64,000 nucleotides of DNA from Moniliella sp. 'wahieum' (Eukaryota), in assembly GCA_003971905.1 (NCBI GenBank), contig RSEE01000004.1, positions 372,001-436,000 of the forward strand, read 5' to 3'. The notes below the pieces were generated by a model. It saw only the letters and a list, made by a program, of their open reading frames with translations, was not told the DNA's origin and ran no database searches. How positions within the stretch are numbered: the first letter of the stretch is position 1; every line of letters begins with the position of its first letter. The position numbers and the translations under genes are program-made. Positions 11,128 to 24,327 of this stretch are shown here, piece by piece.

Positions 11128-13638
11128 ATTTTTCTCTCCGGCGCCAACGACGCGTCCTTTTTGACACCCGACGTGACTTGGCCTGTACAAAACACGCAAT
11201 AGAGGTGGGAAAAAAAGCCATATATACACTGACCGGAGAAAACGTGTCGATCTTGAGCCATGTTTGTAACATTTCGGGGAGAGGCGCCACTGCATGTTCG
11301 TGGGGAGGAAACAAGAGCAGAGGACATGGTGCTAAGCGGAAGATCAGGGAAGAAGACGAAACGCTCGGGACGAGAAGAAATTGGAAATCGGACTGAGCGA
11401 GATCAGCCACAACTATGGCAAAAGGTGAACATATTCCGTACCCTGATGAACTGGACAGAGGTTGGACGATGAGTTATTACATGTCATCAAATACGAAGAA
11501 CCGGAGGACAATGGGCGATACCGCATCGTCCCTGTGTGGAGCAAGAGGGGGGTAAGTGGAACCGGCACACCTGGGCCAATGCCGGTGCCCTCAGAAATGG
11601 CGGGGCAGCCTTCATCTTCCTTTTGCGGCCTTGCTCATGATGTTTTGTTTGCGGGCTATCCTATCCTGACTCACTACCTGCCACCATTCGGACTATTTGA
11701 GGGGGCTAATATGTGGACCAGGCGGCACCAACAGATTCGGTCGAGTGGGCAGTAATCCCTGCGTCCGTATTTCCCTCATCATGCATCAACCCCGACACAC
11801 CACCCCTACACTCGCCTCAGTCGATGGCATTACCACCTTGCACCTCGTATTTTCGCACGAATTTGAAAGTCCGGGCCGCAGCTCTTACTCGGGCGATGTG
11901 TTGTATGATCTCTTGGCCCGCCATCTCTCCCTCCTTCCCTTCCCACCTATCCTCCCGTACGCTCATTTCACTGAGGTGTGGCAGAAAGCTTCGTCCTGCA
12001 CCAGGGGCACCATCGCGATTATATTGCTCTACATATCCAAGGGCTCTAGACACAAATCCTAGTAGGTTCCTCCGGTCTTGTACATCCTCTGCTCCAAGGT
12101 ACCCTCTGATTGGGGCTATATAGCGCTTGCGTAAGGCCCTACCCCTTTCACATCGCTTCATGTAACTCTATGATCTCTTCAGAACCAACATCTTCCATTC
12201 TTCTCGTCGTTTTGACGCTACAAACATTTCGCAGCTCTCTCGGGCTCCACAGGGGTGCGTCATGCATGAGGCTCCTGGAAGGATCGACACAATGTACCCA
12301 CTGTTTTGGGTATCTTGAAGCTTGAAGCTTCATTGAACATTGCGTGACTTCTGGCGTCAAAAGCTTCTAAAGCGGATGTGAACGTGTAACCAGTGTGGGG
12401 CCCATGCTCAGCGGCTCAGCGAGCTCTGATTAATGATTGAGGCCTGATCGGTGACCTCAGGCCTGAGGGGCCTGAGAGAGCTGGGACTGAGCACCCTGAA
12501 GAGCGCCTGAGCCCTTTTGGAGCTTGGTGCCTGTTGCTGGAGAAGAGTAAAACCGCGCCAAGGGCGCTGACGCGCTGACGTTGGACGCTGTGAGTACACT
12601 GAGGAGTGACTAGTGACCGGTGACCAGTCAGTGAGCACGATGATTAAAGAGCGAGCGCAAAGCGGCTGTACCCTGATTATAAAAGCTCTTCTTGGCACTT
12701 GTTAATAGGCTTTGGGTTTACCGGCCTTAGGCCTTAGGCCTTACCACAGTAGGCCCTTAGAGACCTTGTTTAGTTAGGCCAGTTGAGCCACAGTTAGGCC
12801 TTGAGGCGTCAGAGACACGAAGCTGGAAGTGGAAGTGCGCTCTAGCTTGTTTTCGCACGCTCCCACACGAGGCTACAGGGTGAGTTGCTGGAGCCAACGC
12901 CTACATACATACACAAGAGATTAATTGTTAGTCGTTTCTGGTTTGGATTGGACGTTGTTGGTATATATTGGTGGCCCTGTGGATGTGGTCTGCTGAGATC
13001 TGCGGGTCTAAGATCGACTGAGATCTGGCGTTTGAATGTGCAGCGAGAGAAGCCAGAGCACGGCAGCCGCCGCTTGTCAATTGCTGGTCAATATCCAATC
13101 CAGCCGTACTGGGCCCAATGGAGGGCGCACGAGGGCTCACGCGGGCGCACGCGGCCCCGGCAGCGCCACGCTCCGGCCAAGGGCGCGGGGTCTATAACGC
13201 CGTAACGCGTAACGTCTAAGGTCCAAGGCTCAAGGCCTAAGCGCCAAGCGCTCCCTCAGGTCTGAGCCTGAGGCAGCCGCGAGCGCAGGAGCTCCGCGCT
13301 GAGTGCGCTCCGCAGGGCCAGCGAGGCGCCAGTGTCCCCTCGCATCGGTTCCCCACTCGCTGGTGATGGATTGGATGGCCGATCGATGATTGGTGGCCCC
13401 ATCCCAGGCGGTGGGTGCGAGGATCCTGCGCGCTTGTTCCGAGTTCTGAGTTCTGTTCTGAGTCCTCCCAGTCGAGGTTGAGTACGTTGAACGTTGAGTG
13501 TACTGAGTTCGGGTTGCGTTCGGGGTTCTGAGATCAGACCCCAGCGCGAGCCTGAGGCTGTCTGGCGCCAAACCCATCCAGTTTGCAACCACGCAACAGA
13601 GGAGGTGCTGCTGCTGCCGCACCTCACCACCCACCTCC

Positions 13639-16600
13639 ATGCTCCGCCCCGTCGCACGCCGGCCGGCTGCTAGCGCCTCTCCTGCGGCGGCGGCGGCGGC
13701 GGGGAAGCGACTGTGGAGACGAGTATCACTGCCGTCAAAGCCCTGCTGGCCGCCCATGGACTCGAGTTCCACTCTGCCCTCCGCAAGATGGGCGAGGGGG
13801 GCGATGTGGGTGCAGGAACACCGTACGAGATCCAGTGTGTCTCCCATCCTGATGGCAAGACGGTCTGGCACTTCCGCCCCCGCCCTCGCCTCACTCCTCC
13901 CGCTCCCCGCGGCGATCCGTCGCTCCTGCCCTTGGCCCCCGAGGGTGCTGCGCTGCAATGCGGAGACATGCTCGGCGCCATCCTTTCCACCCACCCTTCC
14001 TGGAAACGGACTACTTCAACCCGCCCTCCTCCCCCCTTTGACGCCCCGCTGGGCCCCAGCGTCCACTTCCACCCGCTCACAACTGCTCAGTGGGCGACCC
14101 TGCCCCACCGCACCCCTCCGCCTCCAACACAATTGGACGTCGACGGGCGGGACCGGATCAAGGCGCACTTCGATTTCTTCCATCCTTTGACGCAGGGCGA
14201 GCAGCATAATTGGACAGAGGACCCTCGTCTTGCCATTTGGGGGGTTGCCCACACCGACGCTCCTGATCAGGTGCTCCAAACTTCGGGGCCATCTCTCCTA
14301 GCACAACGTTCCCCTTAATGCAGGCCCACTCCTCCTCCCCGGCCCTCTCCTGCAGTGCCCACTCTACCCCCGAGAGTGAGGTGGTGCCGCCGCTTCGGGA
14401 TTGGGAAGTAGCAGCGCTTTCCCACAGGGGAAAGCAGCCTTTTGGCAGCGTCACTCGAACGGCTCGTCGCCCAACTTACTTCGTTCCTCGACACGCGCCT
14501 CCAGACTGACTTTTTTACACGTTTCGTCTTTTTATGTCTCCGGACACACTGCTCGATCTCTTGTTGGCCCGCTTGGAATGGAGCTTTCCTAGTCCTGACG
14601 GAACTGAGGGCGGAGAAGATAAGGGAAGTCGAGCTGTCGTTCGAGTCAGGACCATGGTCCTTCTCCGATTTTGGCTCTTCCACTTTTTCGAACAAGATTG
14701 GTATCCATCCCCTGCGCTGCGATCCAAGCTATGCACTTGGCTCAATACATATGCTCACGCACCCCACGGTGCAGAGGAGTTTTGGCTGCGCTGAGGAAAA
14801 CGGTGCACTCTCTTCAACAGAAGTATGGTGCGGCCGCCTGCCCTGACTCGCTCGACGCTCCCCTATGTTGGAGGAACTACTTCCCCGCTCAGCTCTCTCT
14901 TTAGAGCGGAAGCTACATTCGCTCCCCCTTTGCTTTTGAGGGAGAAACGAAGCCTTCTTAATACGAAATGGGGGTCCACCCTTCGCATGCCCCGCCCGGC
15001 AGGAAGGCGAGAGATTAGGCTCAACACCCAAGCTTCTTCCACTGCACCTGCCCAGGTTCTGGATCTCCTGTCTTCCCCAGATGAGTTACGGTCCTACCTT
15101 CAATCGTGTGACGTGACCATGTCGTTTGAGCAGCCGGACTACGGATCCCGTCCCAACATCGAGAAGGAGCCAGAAGGGGACGAAAAACCATCATCCCTTC
15201 TGTCCAATTCCGCCCGAACTACAAGGGAGCTTTCCTCTTGTTCGTCCTGCTCTTCCTCTTTTTCATCCCAACCCAGATCTGAGCGTTCGTCTCGCCATTC
15301 TCCCTGCCCCCCGCTGATCCCTCCCAACAACAGTCAAGCATCACCTCCCCACCTACCGCCCAAGTTTCTCCTCGAGGCCTTACGTGCCCCCTTCGCCGCC
15401 CCGCATATCCAACCATCCCGACGGATGGCTCGAAACTCTGATCCCTCAACACGAACTGGACTCTGTCATGACTGGTTCGGTCCGATCCACCTCGGTCCAA
15501 TCGTTTACAACTTATGACACCCAAACTTCGTCCGCTCGTTCGGCCGCGCCGTCGGGGGCCACCTTTGGTGTGTACTCTGATGGATCACACGGCGTCTCCC
15601 CCGAGACTCGGCCCAAGACTCTGTCGAGGAGCATGTGCGTTCCTTCATCCCCCCCCCGCATGCTTTCTTCTTATGCTTACCTTCTCCACCTCAGGTTATG
15701 GGACAGGGAGCGCCCTTGAGAAAAGAACAACCTGCCGCCCTGGATCAACTGTTGTTTTTGGCGATGCAACGCCTACGTGAGCGGGAGAAGCTCGACGGCT
15801 TTGACTGAGCACGATGGGGTAGCAGCAGAGACGAAGCAAGTGGAGACAGAAAATGGTTGTTCCCTTCACCATCGCCATCCATCAGCAGGTAGCCGAGTCT
15901 ACGGCTCTCCCACGGTCTCCTTATTGGCCAAGGAAGAAGCGACAAGAAGCATGACCCCTACCGACGACCTAAGCGTGGGCGATTCGGCTGGGGCATCAAT
16001 TCCGATCGCCGGGGCGTCTCATGGCAAGCAGAATAAGGATCGGGCCCTCTCTGAGCGACTCCCTGGGCCACCTGCGATGGAGACAGGGGGTGAGTTGCCC
16101 TCTGTGGTCGATGAGGCTCCCATCATCTCCCCCAGTGAAGCGACTGAACCCAAGACGGACCACGTTGATCCTGTCCAACTGCCTTTCTTTCACCAAGCGA
16201 CATTTGGGTCCGGACCACATGCATCGAAGGGGTTGGGCCAAGCCCCAGCTTTCACTTGCCGAGTCAGAGCAGCCACAGTCGTGGGCTCCCCACCGCCGAG
16301 CAAAGGATCGTGGAATCTCGCGTGACGCAATGGACGCGGAGCGTCGCCATCTCAGTCAGCGGGGGAGCTACGGCGGCAAGTGGGTTTGATCGTACCCTCC
16401 ATTTGGATGACTTGGATCTCTCCAGCGACGAAGATGGGGAAGTGGTTCGTCGAGCGCTTCGTCGTCTGCCTGGGGCGACGCAGTTGCGGCATGCGCTCCC
16501 TGTTTCGGCCTCGTCCAGTGTTACAAGTGTCGGCGAGCTCCCGGAAGAAGAGGAGACGGTGCATAGGGCGGTGCGTTCGGTGCTGCCGTCGAACCAGCGG

Positions 16601-18077
16601 TGCCTTCCTTATGGCTTCCTCACCAGCACCCTGTTTGACGATGAAATTGCTCTGGCGGGGTGCGAAATGGTGCGGGATTCAGCTTGGACGGATTTGAGTC
16701 GGAGGAGGACGAAGGGGGCGGAGTGGCAGACGCCTTGGCGCGCTTGGAAGGAATCATCTCCCAGGAGAAGAAGCTAGCACGAGCTCGTCAGGTGGACACG
16801 TTACTGGCGGCATCTGCCCAGGGATGGGGAAGGATCCGGTTGCCCTGCCCACCAGGGCTACCGGTCTCCCTGCTTGCTTCCTCGAAGCCCAAACCAGGAG
16901 AAGGGCAAGACGCGCGCCACCATTGCCTCGGTGCCACCCGCTCGTCGTAGCCCCATGTCCCCTGCCATGGGCAAACCGGACCAACTCGCATTGCCTCCCT
17001 CGCACCGGTCGTTTATTTTGGACAGCCGTTCAGAGGAAGTGGCAGGCCAATGGTGCCTGATCGAGGCCGAGCTGTTCACCAAGATTCTTGGTCGGAGCTA
17101 GCATCGGGCGAATGGCGCGCCGTTTTGACCTGCCGCCCGTGTACGACTGGGCGGCGTTTACCGGTTGCGGATGCGACGGCGCGTCGAAGCAGAGGGCAAG
17201 CCCAGCTCGGACGACTCGGCCTTGGCGGTGATCGCGGCGCGCTTCAACTTGTTGGCCAGCTGGATCGCATCAGAGATTGTGTTGACGTCCACGTCGCGGG
17301 CCCGGGCCGGGCTGGTGGCCAAATTTATTCGGATCGCGGTACGCTGCTATGAGCTGGGCAACTTTGCTTCGGTGGCCCAGGTGGTGTGTGGGTTGCAGTC
17401 GCCTTGGATTGCCCGCTTGTCGCGCACGTGGGCGTTGGTTCCTCCGCTGGAGAAACGGGCGCTGCGCGACTTGGCACCCTCGCCTCGCCAGCCTATGGCT
17501 TCCGCCAGCTGCGGCGGGTGTGTGACAATTTGATTGCCCAAGCCGGCTTGGAGGAACACACCAACTCGGCCGGTCCGTCCACGTCGCACGGTGGAGGGAC
17601 ACGCCTTGCGCCGTCGCAAGCGTGTGTGCCGTTTGCGGGGCTGCTGCTGTTGGACCTGACCGAGGTGGACCTGCTTCCCTCCATGCTTAGTGCCACCGAG
17701 TACCTCCCGCGCCTCGGCACGCCGGCATCTCCATCGACAACCGCACCAGCCTCGGCCCAACCGGCCGCGGACGCATTGGACCTCATCCTCCCCGCGCTCC
17801 CGGCGGCGGTGGATGGAAGGCAAGTCTGGTCAACCTGTTCAAATTTCGCCTGTTGGCAATGAAGATCAAGACTACCTTGGCGTTCCAGGCATGTGCGCGG
17901 GCGTATGCGGTGCCAGTCAGTGCACCGCTGTACTCGCGTTGCCTCAAGCTCCGATGCCTTCCGGCTCCCATTCTTACCCAGTACGCTTCTTCCTTGGCCG
18001 CGGTTTGGCACATGCCGTACTAATCGTTTGCTCTTGCTCTTTCTTACTCGTCTAGACTTTCGCACATGCAAGAGTAA
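13639..18077 (+). CDS. Ras guanine nucleotide exchange factor, LTE1-like (REM/RasGEF_N + CDC25 domain)
   Basis: REM: SLERLVAQLTSFLD...SPDTLLDLLLARLEW...VRVRTMVLLRFW. GEF: SFILDSRSEEVAGQWCLIEAELF, RFNLLASWIASEIV, KFIRIAVRCYELGNFASVAQVVCGLQSPWIARLSRTW, CVPFAGLLLLDL. Long low-complexity linker; probable terminal intron ~17980-18056; many frameshifts. Confidence 0.85.
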
Positions 18078-19373
18078 CCCCGAGGCTTTCCTGACCCGTT
18101 TTGGCCATCGTTCTTCCTTTCTTACGCGCTCTTGCCCTCACTCTTTTCCTTCCCTCTTTCCCACCAAAGCTCCCATATCGTCATTTTAACATCTGCTCGG
18201 ATAATTCACCTCACCTCCCTCCCCCCTGCACGCACGAGCTCTTCACCCGTCTCTGCCTTTTCGTTTGTCTTCGCATCGCGCTGATACCATTTTTGTTTCT
18301 GTGCTCACCTTCTTGTCCACCTCATCTCTCGCATGTCTTATGCTGAACATACATTCCTTGCTTCCGTTCGTTTTGCCTGTCCTTTTTTATTGTCGTGGAC
18401 CATGTAGCTCTCTCCATGGTCGTCGATCCGCACCCTGTCATCCTCACCACGCCTATCTCTGTCCTTGGCGTCCCAACACGCGATTGCTCTGTCCATGGCG
18501 ACCTTCTTTGCTGTGCCCGTGGTGATCATCGTTGGCCGATCAGGTGCTGGGGGTGAGTTGTGGGGCGGAGAGGAGGGACGGGCCCGATGGAATCGATTAA
18601 ATTATGCACTCGTTGATGCACATCTCCTGTGGGACGGTACCCTCCCGACCAGCTGGTCCGAGGAGATCATGGGCACTTCCAGGCATTCCCCTCCCCGGGC
18701 TTACCGCCCCATGCCCCCCCTCAAGCCTGCCTCGACCAAATCCAAGTCTCCTTGTGAGACGAGGCGAGGTGAGGTGAAAGGGGCTCGGGCAGGTCGCCTC
18801 GGTCCTCGGTACAATCCCAACCCATATGTGCTGTTCCACTCGGCGCGCCCAATCTACTCGGTGCTCGGTTCCTCGCAATTGTCACGACCACTTCTGGAAT
18901 CATGCGATCGCGATCACTGTAACTACTCCCGCCGAGCGCCGAGGACCGAAGTGGCTCTTGGCTACGGCAGAATATGCTGTCCCAAACACATGTTTTTTTT
19001 ACATACCATGTACGTGGTACCATGGGCTGGGGGAGGCGGATTGGAAAGGGGAACGGATGTCGAAGCACAGAACTACTAGCACTGCGACGAAGTGGAATGA
19101 AGCGGATCGGGAAGCAGCAACGACGAATGCCGGTGTGGTGCGCCGCCGAAAGAGAAAGGCTGGGGTAGGTAGCCAAACCACGATGCACGGGCGAGGCACC
19201 CGGAGCCTAGGTCCAGCCATGGCACCCACGCACCACCAACACACGACGTCGGGATGCAAAGCGCGCCTGGAGGAAGAGATGAGATCAAAGATGATTTGGG
19301 CATACGAGGAAACGCCTTGTGCCGGTACAGCAGCGGTAGAATCCCAGCATCATTCGCTTGCGCAAGCACTTCT

Positions 19374-20691
19374 TTAATCCAACGACACACGTAAACTGTC
19401 GAGTGGGATTGGCTCAAAGTTGTGCACGTCGATTCCCTGTGCCCTGAGTGCCGCCTCAGCATGGCTAGGGACGAGCTTAGGGATCAAATCGGGACGGACC
19501 GAGAGCTCTTCCCGGTAAAGTTAAAGAGCGGAGGGAAAGGCCGCCCATTGGGAAGCAAGTGGGCCGTCTGCCCTTCCGGCGGCGGCTGGCGCAGCTCGTT
19601 AAAGTAGGGGTGGGCCAGTGCTTCGGCCGCCGTCAAGCGAGCGGGTGGGGTGTAGTCCAACAGGCGCGAGATGAGGTCAATCGCATCGGCTTCCGTACGG
19701 GGACGGAAGACCTTGCTGAACGGGTGCGGACGGATCTGGGGGAACTTGTGTTCCATGTAGTTCTTGTTCATTTGCTTGATTTGCTCTCGAGTGGGCGTGC
19801 CGAGGATCTTGATGATTTCAACCAGTTGGTCGATCCCACTTTCACCTGGGAAAAAGGTTGGCCTTGCATGCTCAGCCATGACGCATCCGGTGGACCAAAT
19901 GTCTGCAAGCATACAACATGGGTCAGCTACCAGAACGCAAGACAAGTTAGGGCGAGGGCGTCGTACCGATACTCGTCGTGTAGTTGGTCGCACCAAAGAT
20001 GAGCTCGGGAGCGCGGTAGTAGCGGGAGCAAATGTACGACACGTTGGGCTCGCCCGGCACGAGGATCTTGGCCGAGCCAAGTCACAGAGCTTGAGGACAA
20101 CCGGCCTCGGCATTCAGCAGCAAGTTCTGCGGCTTGATGTCCCGATGGCAAATGCCAATCGAGTGAATGTAGGCAAGAGAGCGGAAGAGCTGGTACATGT
20201 AGAGTTTGATGAGGATGGGTGGCATGTTCTGCTTGACCTTGACGTAGTTGCGCAGGGAGCGGTAAATGGTTTCCGGCACACTCCATCACCAGGTTGAGAT
20301 ACACTTCGTCCTTCTGCCAGGGGGCAAGAGAGGTTAGCAGAGGGCGCACCCACAGCAAAGACAACGAGGACTGACCTTGCTCCCGTTCGAGTAGAAAAAG
20401 GCGCGCAAGGCACACACGTTGGGATGGTCGATGATGCGCATGATCTGGAGCTCGCGGTTCTTGAAGCGCTTGTCCTGGAGGACCTTCTTGATGGCAATCT
20501 CGTTGTGGTCGCGGGGCACGACTTGGGCTCATGCGGGGCGAGCTTGGCCTGGAAGACGACGCCGAAGGAGCCGTTGCCAATGACCTTGCAGGAATTGTAG
20601 CCAATCTCGGTGGGCTCGCCCGACTTGGCAATCGGAGGCAAGCACCTTGATGACCTCGTCAACCGGTTTGGGGGCAGACGCTGCTGGACAT
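19374..20691 (-). CDS. GSK3: Glycogen synthase kinase 3 family kinase
   Basis: [105 protein letters not shown]. Introns 20375-20314 and ~19967-19903. Confidence 0.96.
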
Positions 20692-21573
20692 GGGGTTAGA
20701 GGGGAGCAGGGGGCAGCCGAGGGGGTTGGTCGCCTGGGGGGGGGGGGAGGGCACACACGCGTGCGCACTGCCCGGGTGCTGCCCAGCAGCCGGGCCGGGA
20801 GCGTGGCGTGGGTCGCTCACGCTCCGATGGTGAGAACGCAGCTGGCCGCAGCCCGGCATGCGGCCCTGCAGCACCGCACCGCCGCACCCGTCGGCCCTCG
20901 TCCGCGTCACTTGGCTGGTGCCCAGCCACGGCCCCCCGCCGCCCCCGCCCCGCGCCAGCCAGCGCCCAGCGCCCAGCGTGCAGTCCGTACACTGCCCGTC
21001 TGCGGCCTGCCGGGTGCGCCCTGCCTGCTGCAGGGGGGCAGTTTGCGGTCACCGCTCGGCCCCAGCGCTCACCTTTCAACATCACGCGTCATGCTGCATC
21101 ACGCTCAGGCAGCGCACCGCAGACGACCGCTGCTGGGGCACGAGGCTGGGCCAGTGCCTGGCCCCAGCAGGCGCCCCAGCCTGCCCCAGCTGGCAGCCGC
21201 AGTTGGCTCATTGGGTGTCGGGGTGTGACCGAGGCGCGGCTGGCCGCCCCCCTGCCGCCGTCTCTCCGAAATTTCATGCATGCTCCCACTTTCCTGGCGC
21301 CCTCCACTTCGCGCTGTTTCGCACCGCAACCCGCACAGGGGCAGTGTCCGCACCCAGCCGACGTCACTTGTTCCAATCCTGCCTGGCTGGCCAGCGCTGG
21401 CTGCTGGCCACTGCTGGCCCCATTAGCCCGTGCTGAAACTGAGCCACTGAACGCTGGACGTGCACGGCACGTGCTGGATGCTGAAGCTGAATTGCCAACC
21501 AGTGTGTTGCGAAAATATTTCCGCCCACCCACACGTGACCGCGTCCCCCGCTGGACCAACACGTGTCTCCCCG

Positions 21574-24157
21574 TCAAATGGCGGTCCCGAACAGCTTTTC
21601 GAGTCGTGCTAACCTGTGCCAACCGTACCATTCATGGGGAGCGAAGAAATTCACCCATGCATTCATTCCTCGTCGGAAAAGATCGATGGCATGCTCGGGC
21701 GCCCCGTGTGCGATGCCGAAAGTACCACCGTCTTGGTTCGCAGTGACGCCGACCGCCCCCAGGCCGACGGGCGAGGAGGCCGGGTCAGACGCCCAGGGGC
21801 GGGGGTCATCACCGACGTTTCGTTTCCAGTACTGGCCGATAAACCACGGGCTGGCGAGGAGGAAGCGAGGGGGATGGCCCAGTCAGTTTCTCCTCATCCT
21901 CGATCGTGAGATCAACGACCTCAGTCGCTGGCGCAGATATGTCATCTTTCTTCCTCGTTGCGAGCACGTGCGGTGAAGATAAAGCGGGAGGCGGAGGGGA
22001 GATACTGGCTGGAGGATGCGAGTTGGTTTCGCTGGAAGAGCAAAGAACAGGGGTTGCGTCCGCACCGCTCCCCTCTTTGATTGGTGATGACTTGGATTGA
22101 AAGATTGGCTGAGCAGGCAATGAGGCCGAAAGAGAGATAGTTGGTGCTCTTCTTGGGGAGAGAGTTGGGTGTGAGATGAGCAAACGGGGGCAGCACGAGG
22201 CACAGTCGGTTCCGGCAAGAGGGAGGTCACCGCTGGAAGCAATGCCTCCACAACAATCGTCTCCATCCTTTGGCAGCGGGGAGGAGGGGTCAGTGGATTG
22301 AGGCAGGAGCGGGATAAGATCCGAGGAAGAGGTCGTAGCAATGCGCTCGTCTCCATCCACTGCACTAGAGACATGCGAACCCCCCCCAGGTGGAGGAGAG
22401 GCTCGAATCTGTGCCAGGCGCATGCTTCTTCTCCTTGGAGTGACTGCTGCTTGCGAAGACGCTTCGGGCTTCCCGGCGGGCTGCTGAGGGAGGTTGCCTG
22501 TAGACTGGGAGGTCCACTTTTTCTCCTCTTAAGACGCCGGTTCGGACGTGCCTGAGTGGGATGCGAAGTGGAGATCCTTTTGGTCGAGGAGCACTCCTCC
22601 TGATCGGGAGATGGGTCAGATGTCGTGGTAACCCCAAGGCCAGACTGCGATTCAGTCGTTTTTCGCCTCTCGTACCGCCTCCTGGGGCTTGCCGCGGGTT
22701 GGGCCTCAGGGAGGGTTAGAATGGGCTTCGAAGCGGTGCCGCTGCGGTCTCCTGGACCTCAACTCTCTCCTTGGATGAGTTCTATGCGTTCTCGTACCCC
22801 TGTTGTGCCGCAGGAAGAATGCCAAAGCGCGACGAGAAGAGCGGGCTAGCTCCCCACTTCTTCGTGGAGCAACAGATGCTGGTGGGCGAGGTACGCGTCG
22901 CTAGGTTTAGAAGCAGGGGTTTGCGCGGGGATCCAGAGTTTGGGGGCTCGAGGGCATCGATGCGGATATGCAATGGCACGCGCAGGAAAAGCACAGTGCT
23001 TCGTGTAGGCGAGGGTGGTGGTAGATCGGATACAGTTTGGATTCAACACATGGATTGCGGATCGAGAGCAAGCGAATGGGACAGGTACACCCGCCAAAAA
23101 TATGCTTCGTGCCAGGCTCGAACTGGCGACCTCAGGATGACGTGGGTTTCCACTCATACAGGCGTATGAGACCTGCGCGCTAGCCAACTGCGCCAACGAA
23201 GCAGATAGATGACACTGGAACCCTACGCCAACATATATGCTTTGCCGGTTTCTGCCCTTCTCAACATCTCTCAACATCTCTTGCTTGGGCTCTTGTTCAC
23301 AGTTGGACGCACGCACTTCGTCTATGACTTCTGATGACAAAGAATGTATGAGCATGAAGGACAAGACTGAGCGATCGTGGACGGGGTCATCCATCCAAGC
23401 TGACTGCGAGAGATGGGGTTTACTTAGATGACGCGCTCGCGCAAAAGCTGATCAATCTCTTCCTCTTGTCCAATCTCTTCGCGCCTCCACCCCCGAGCGC
23501 GCTCGACTGCCTGTTCCCAACCTAGAACACCAGCCGCACGAATCTCGTGGAGATGATGGACTCAAAGGTATGTCTGCCCTTGGTACTGATATCCTTCCGC
23601 GTCAACGGCTGGCTCCAGTCCCACCCCTCCAGCCCCATCGCCGAGGCCGCCATGAGTGTCGACCCAAGCGCAGTCGGCTCGAGCATCTGCGACGCTCACT
23701 GGCAAGCCCGAGCACGTCAGCCTGGATCTGCATCGCTTCGTCACTGGTTGTCATTCCCCATCCACCGCCAGCGACTTGAGCCGAATCCGGCTGTCCAGGG
23801 CGCTGGCCTCAAGCATGGCACGCGTTGTGTAACACGTCGCTTTGATGCTTTTTCGAGTGCCGCTCGTCCACATGCATCTTCTCTCCTCTTCGTCATCTGG
23901 TTCTCCAGGGGCAAGCCAGTCGCAGCTCGGGTAGAGTAGGCCAGGGAACGTGTGTCGTGTGGGTGGATGTGGTGCACCCAACACGATCGCCCCTGTCATT
24001 GGCAAGCTGCTTGATTGTCGGATGCGTCCGCTGGTCAGGGGCCGCTTTCCTCGTCCTCGTACCAGAGCCCCCCCAAAAGTCCAGTACCCCATCTCCCGCA
24101 CCTCGCACTCCATCTTGTCCAGCGCCTTTTCCATTGAGGCTCTTTTGTCATGGACAT
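21574..24157 (-). CDS. Hypothetical protein, heavily frameshifted, unknown function
   Basis: Chain of overlapping protein-like minus ORFs (24134-23751, 23394-22846, 22994-22782, 22423-21809) filling the gap between Rpp21 and the GSK3 promoter. No recognisable domain; boundaries inferred. Confidence 0.4.
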
Positions 24158-24327
24158 GGCGACCCCGAACGTGGGATTACAGAGAACCAGTGCCAGGATG
24201 GTCGCCTTACCACCCTACCATCTCTCCGCACCAGAGAGTGCCTGCTGGGAACAAAGGTCCATTGAAAAGCACGTACGGCGTAGACGCATGGGGATACATA
24301 TCCATACCACCGGCGCACCCACCTCGC

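Noticed and set aside
18100..19370. Hidden gene between the RasGEF and GSK3
   Set aside because: Pyrimidine-rich then purine-rich composition fits two convergent 3'UTRs, and the ORFs have no recognisable features.
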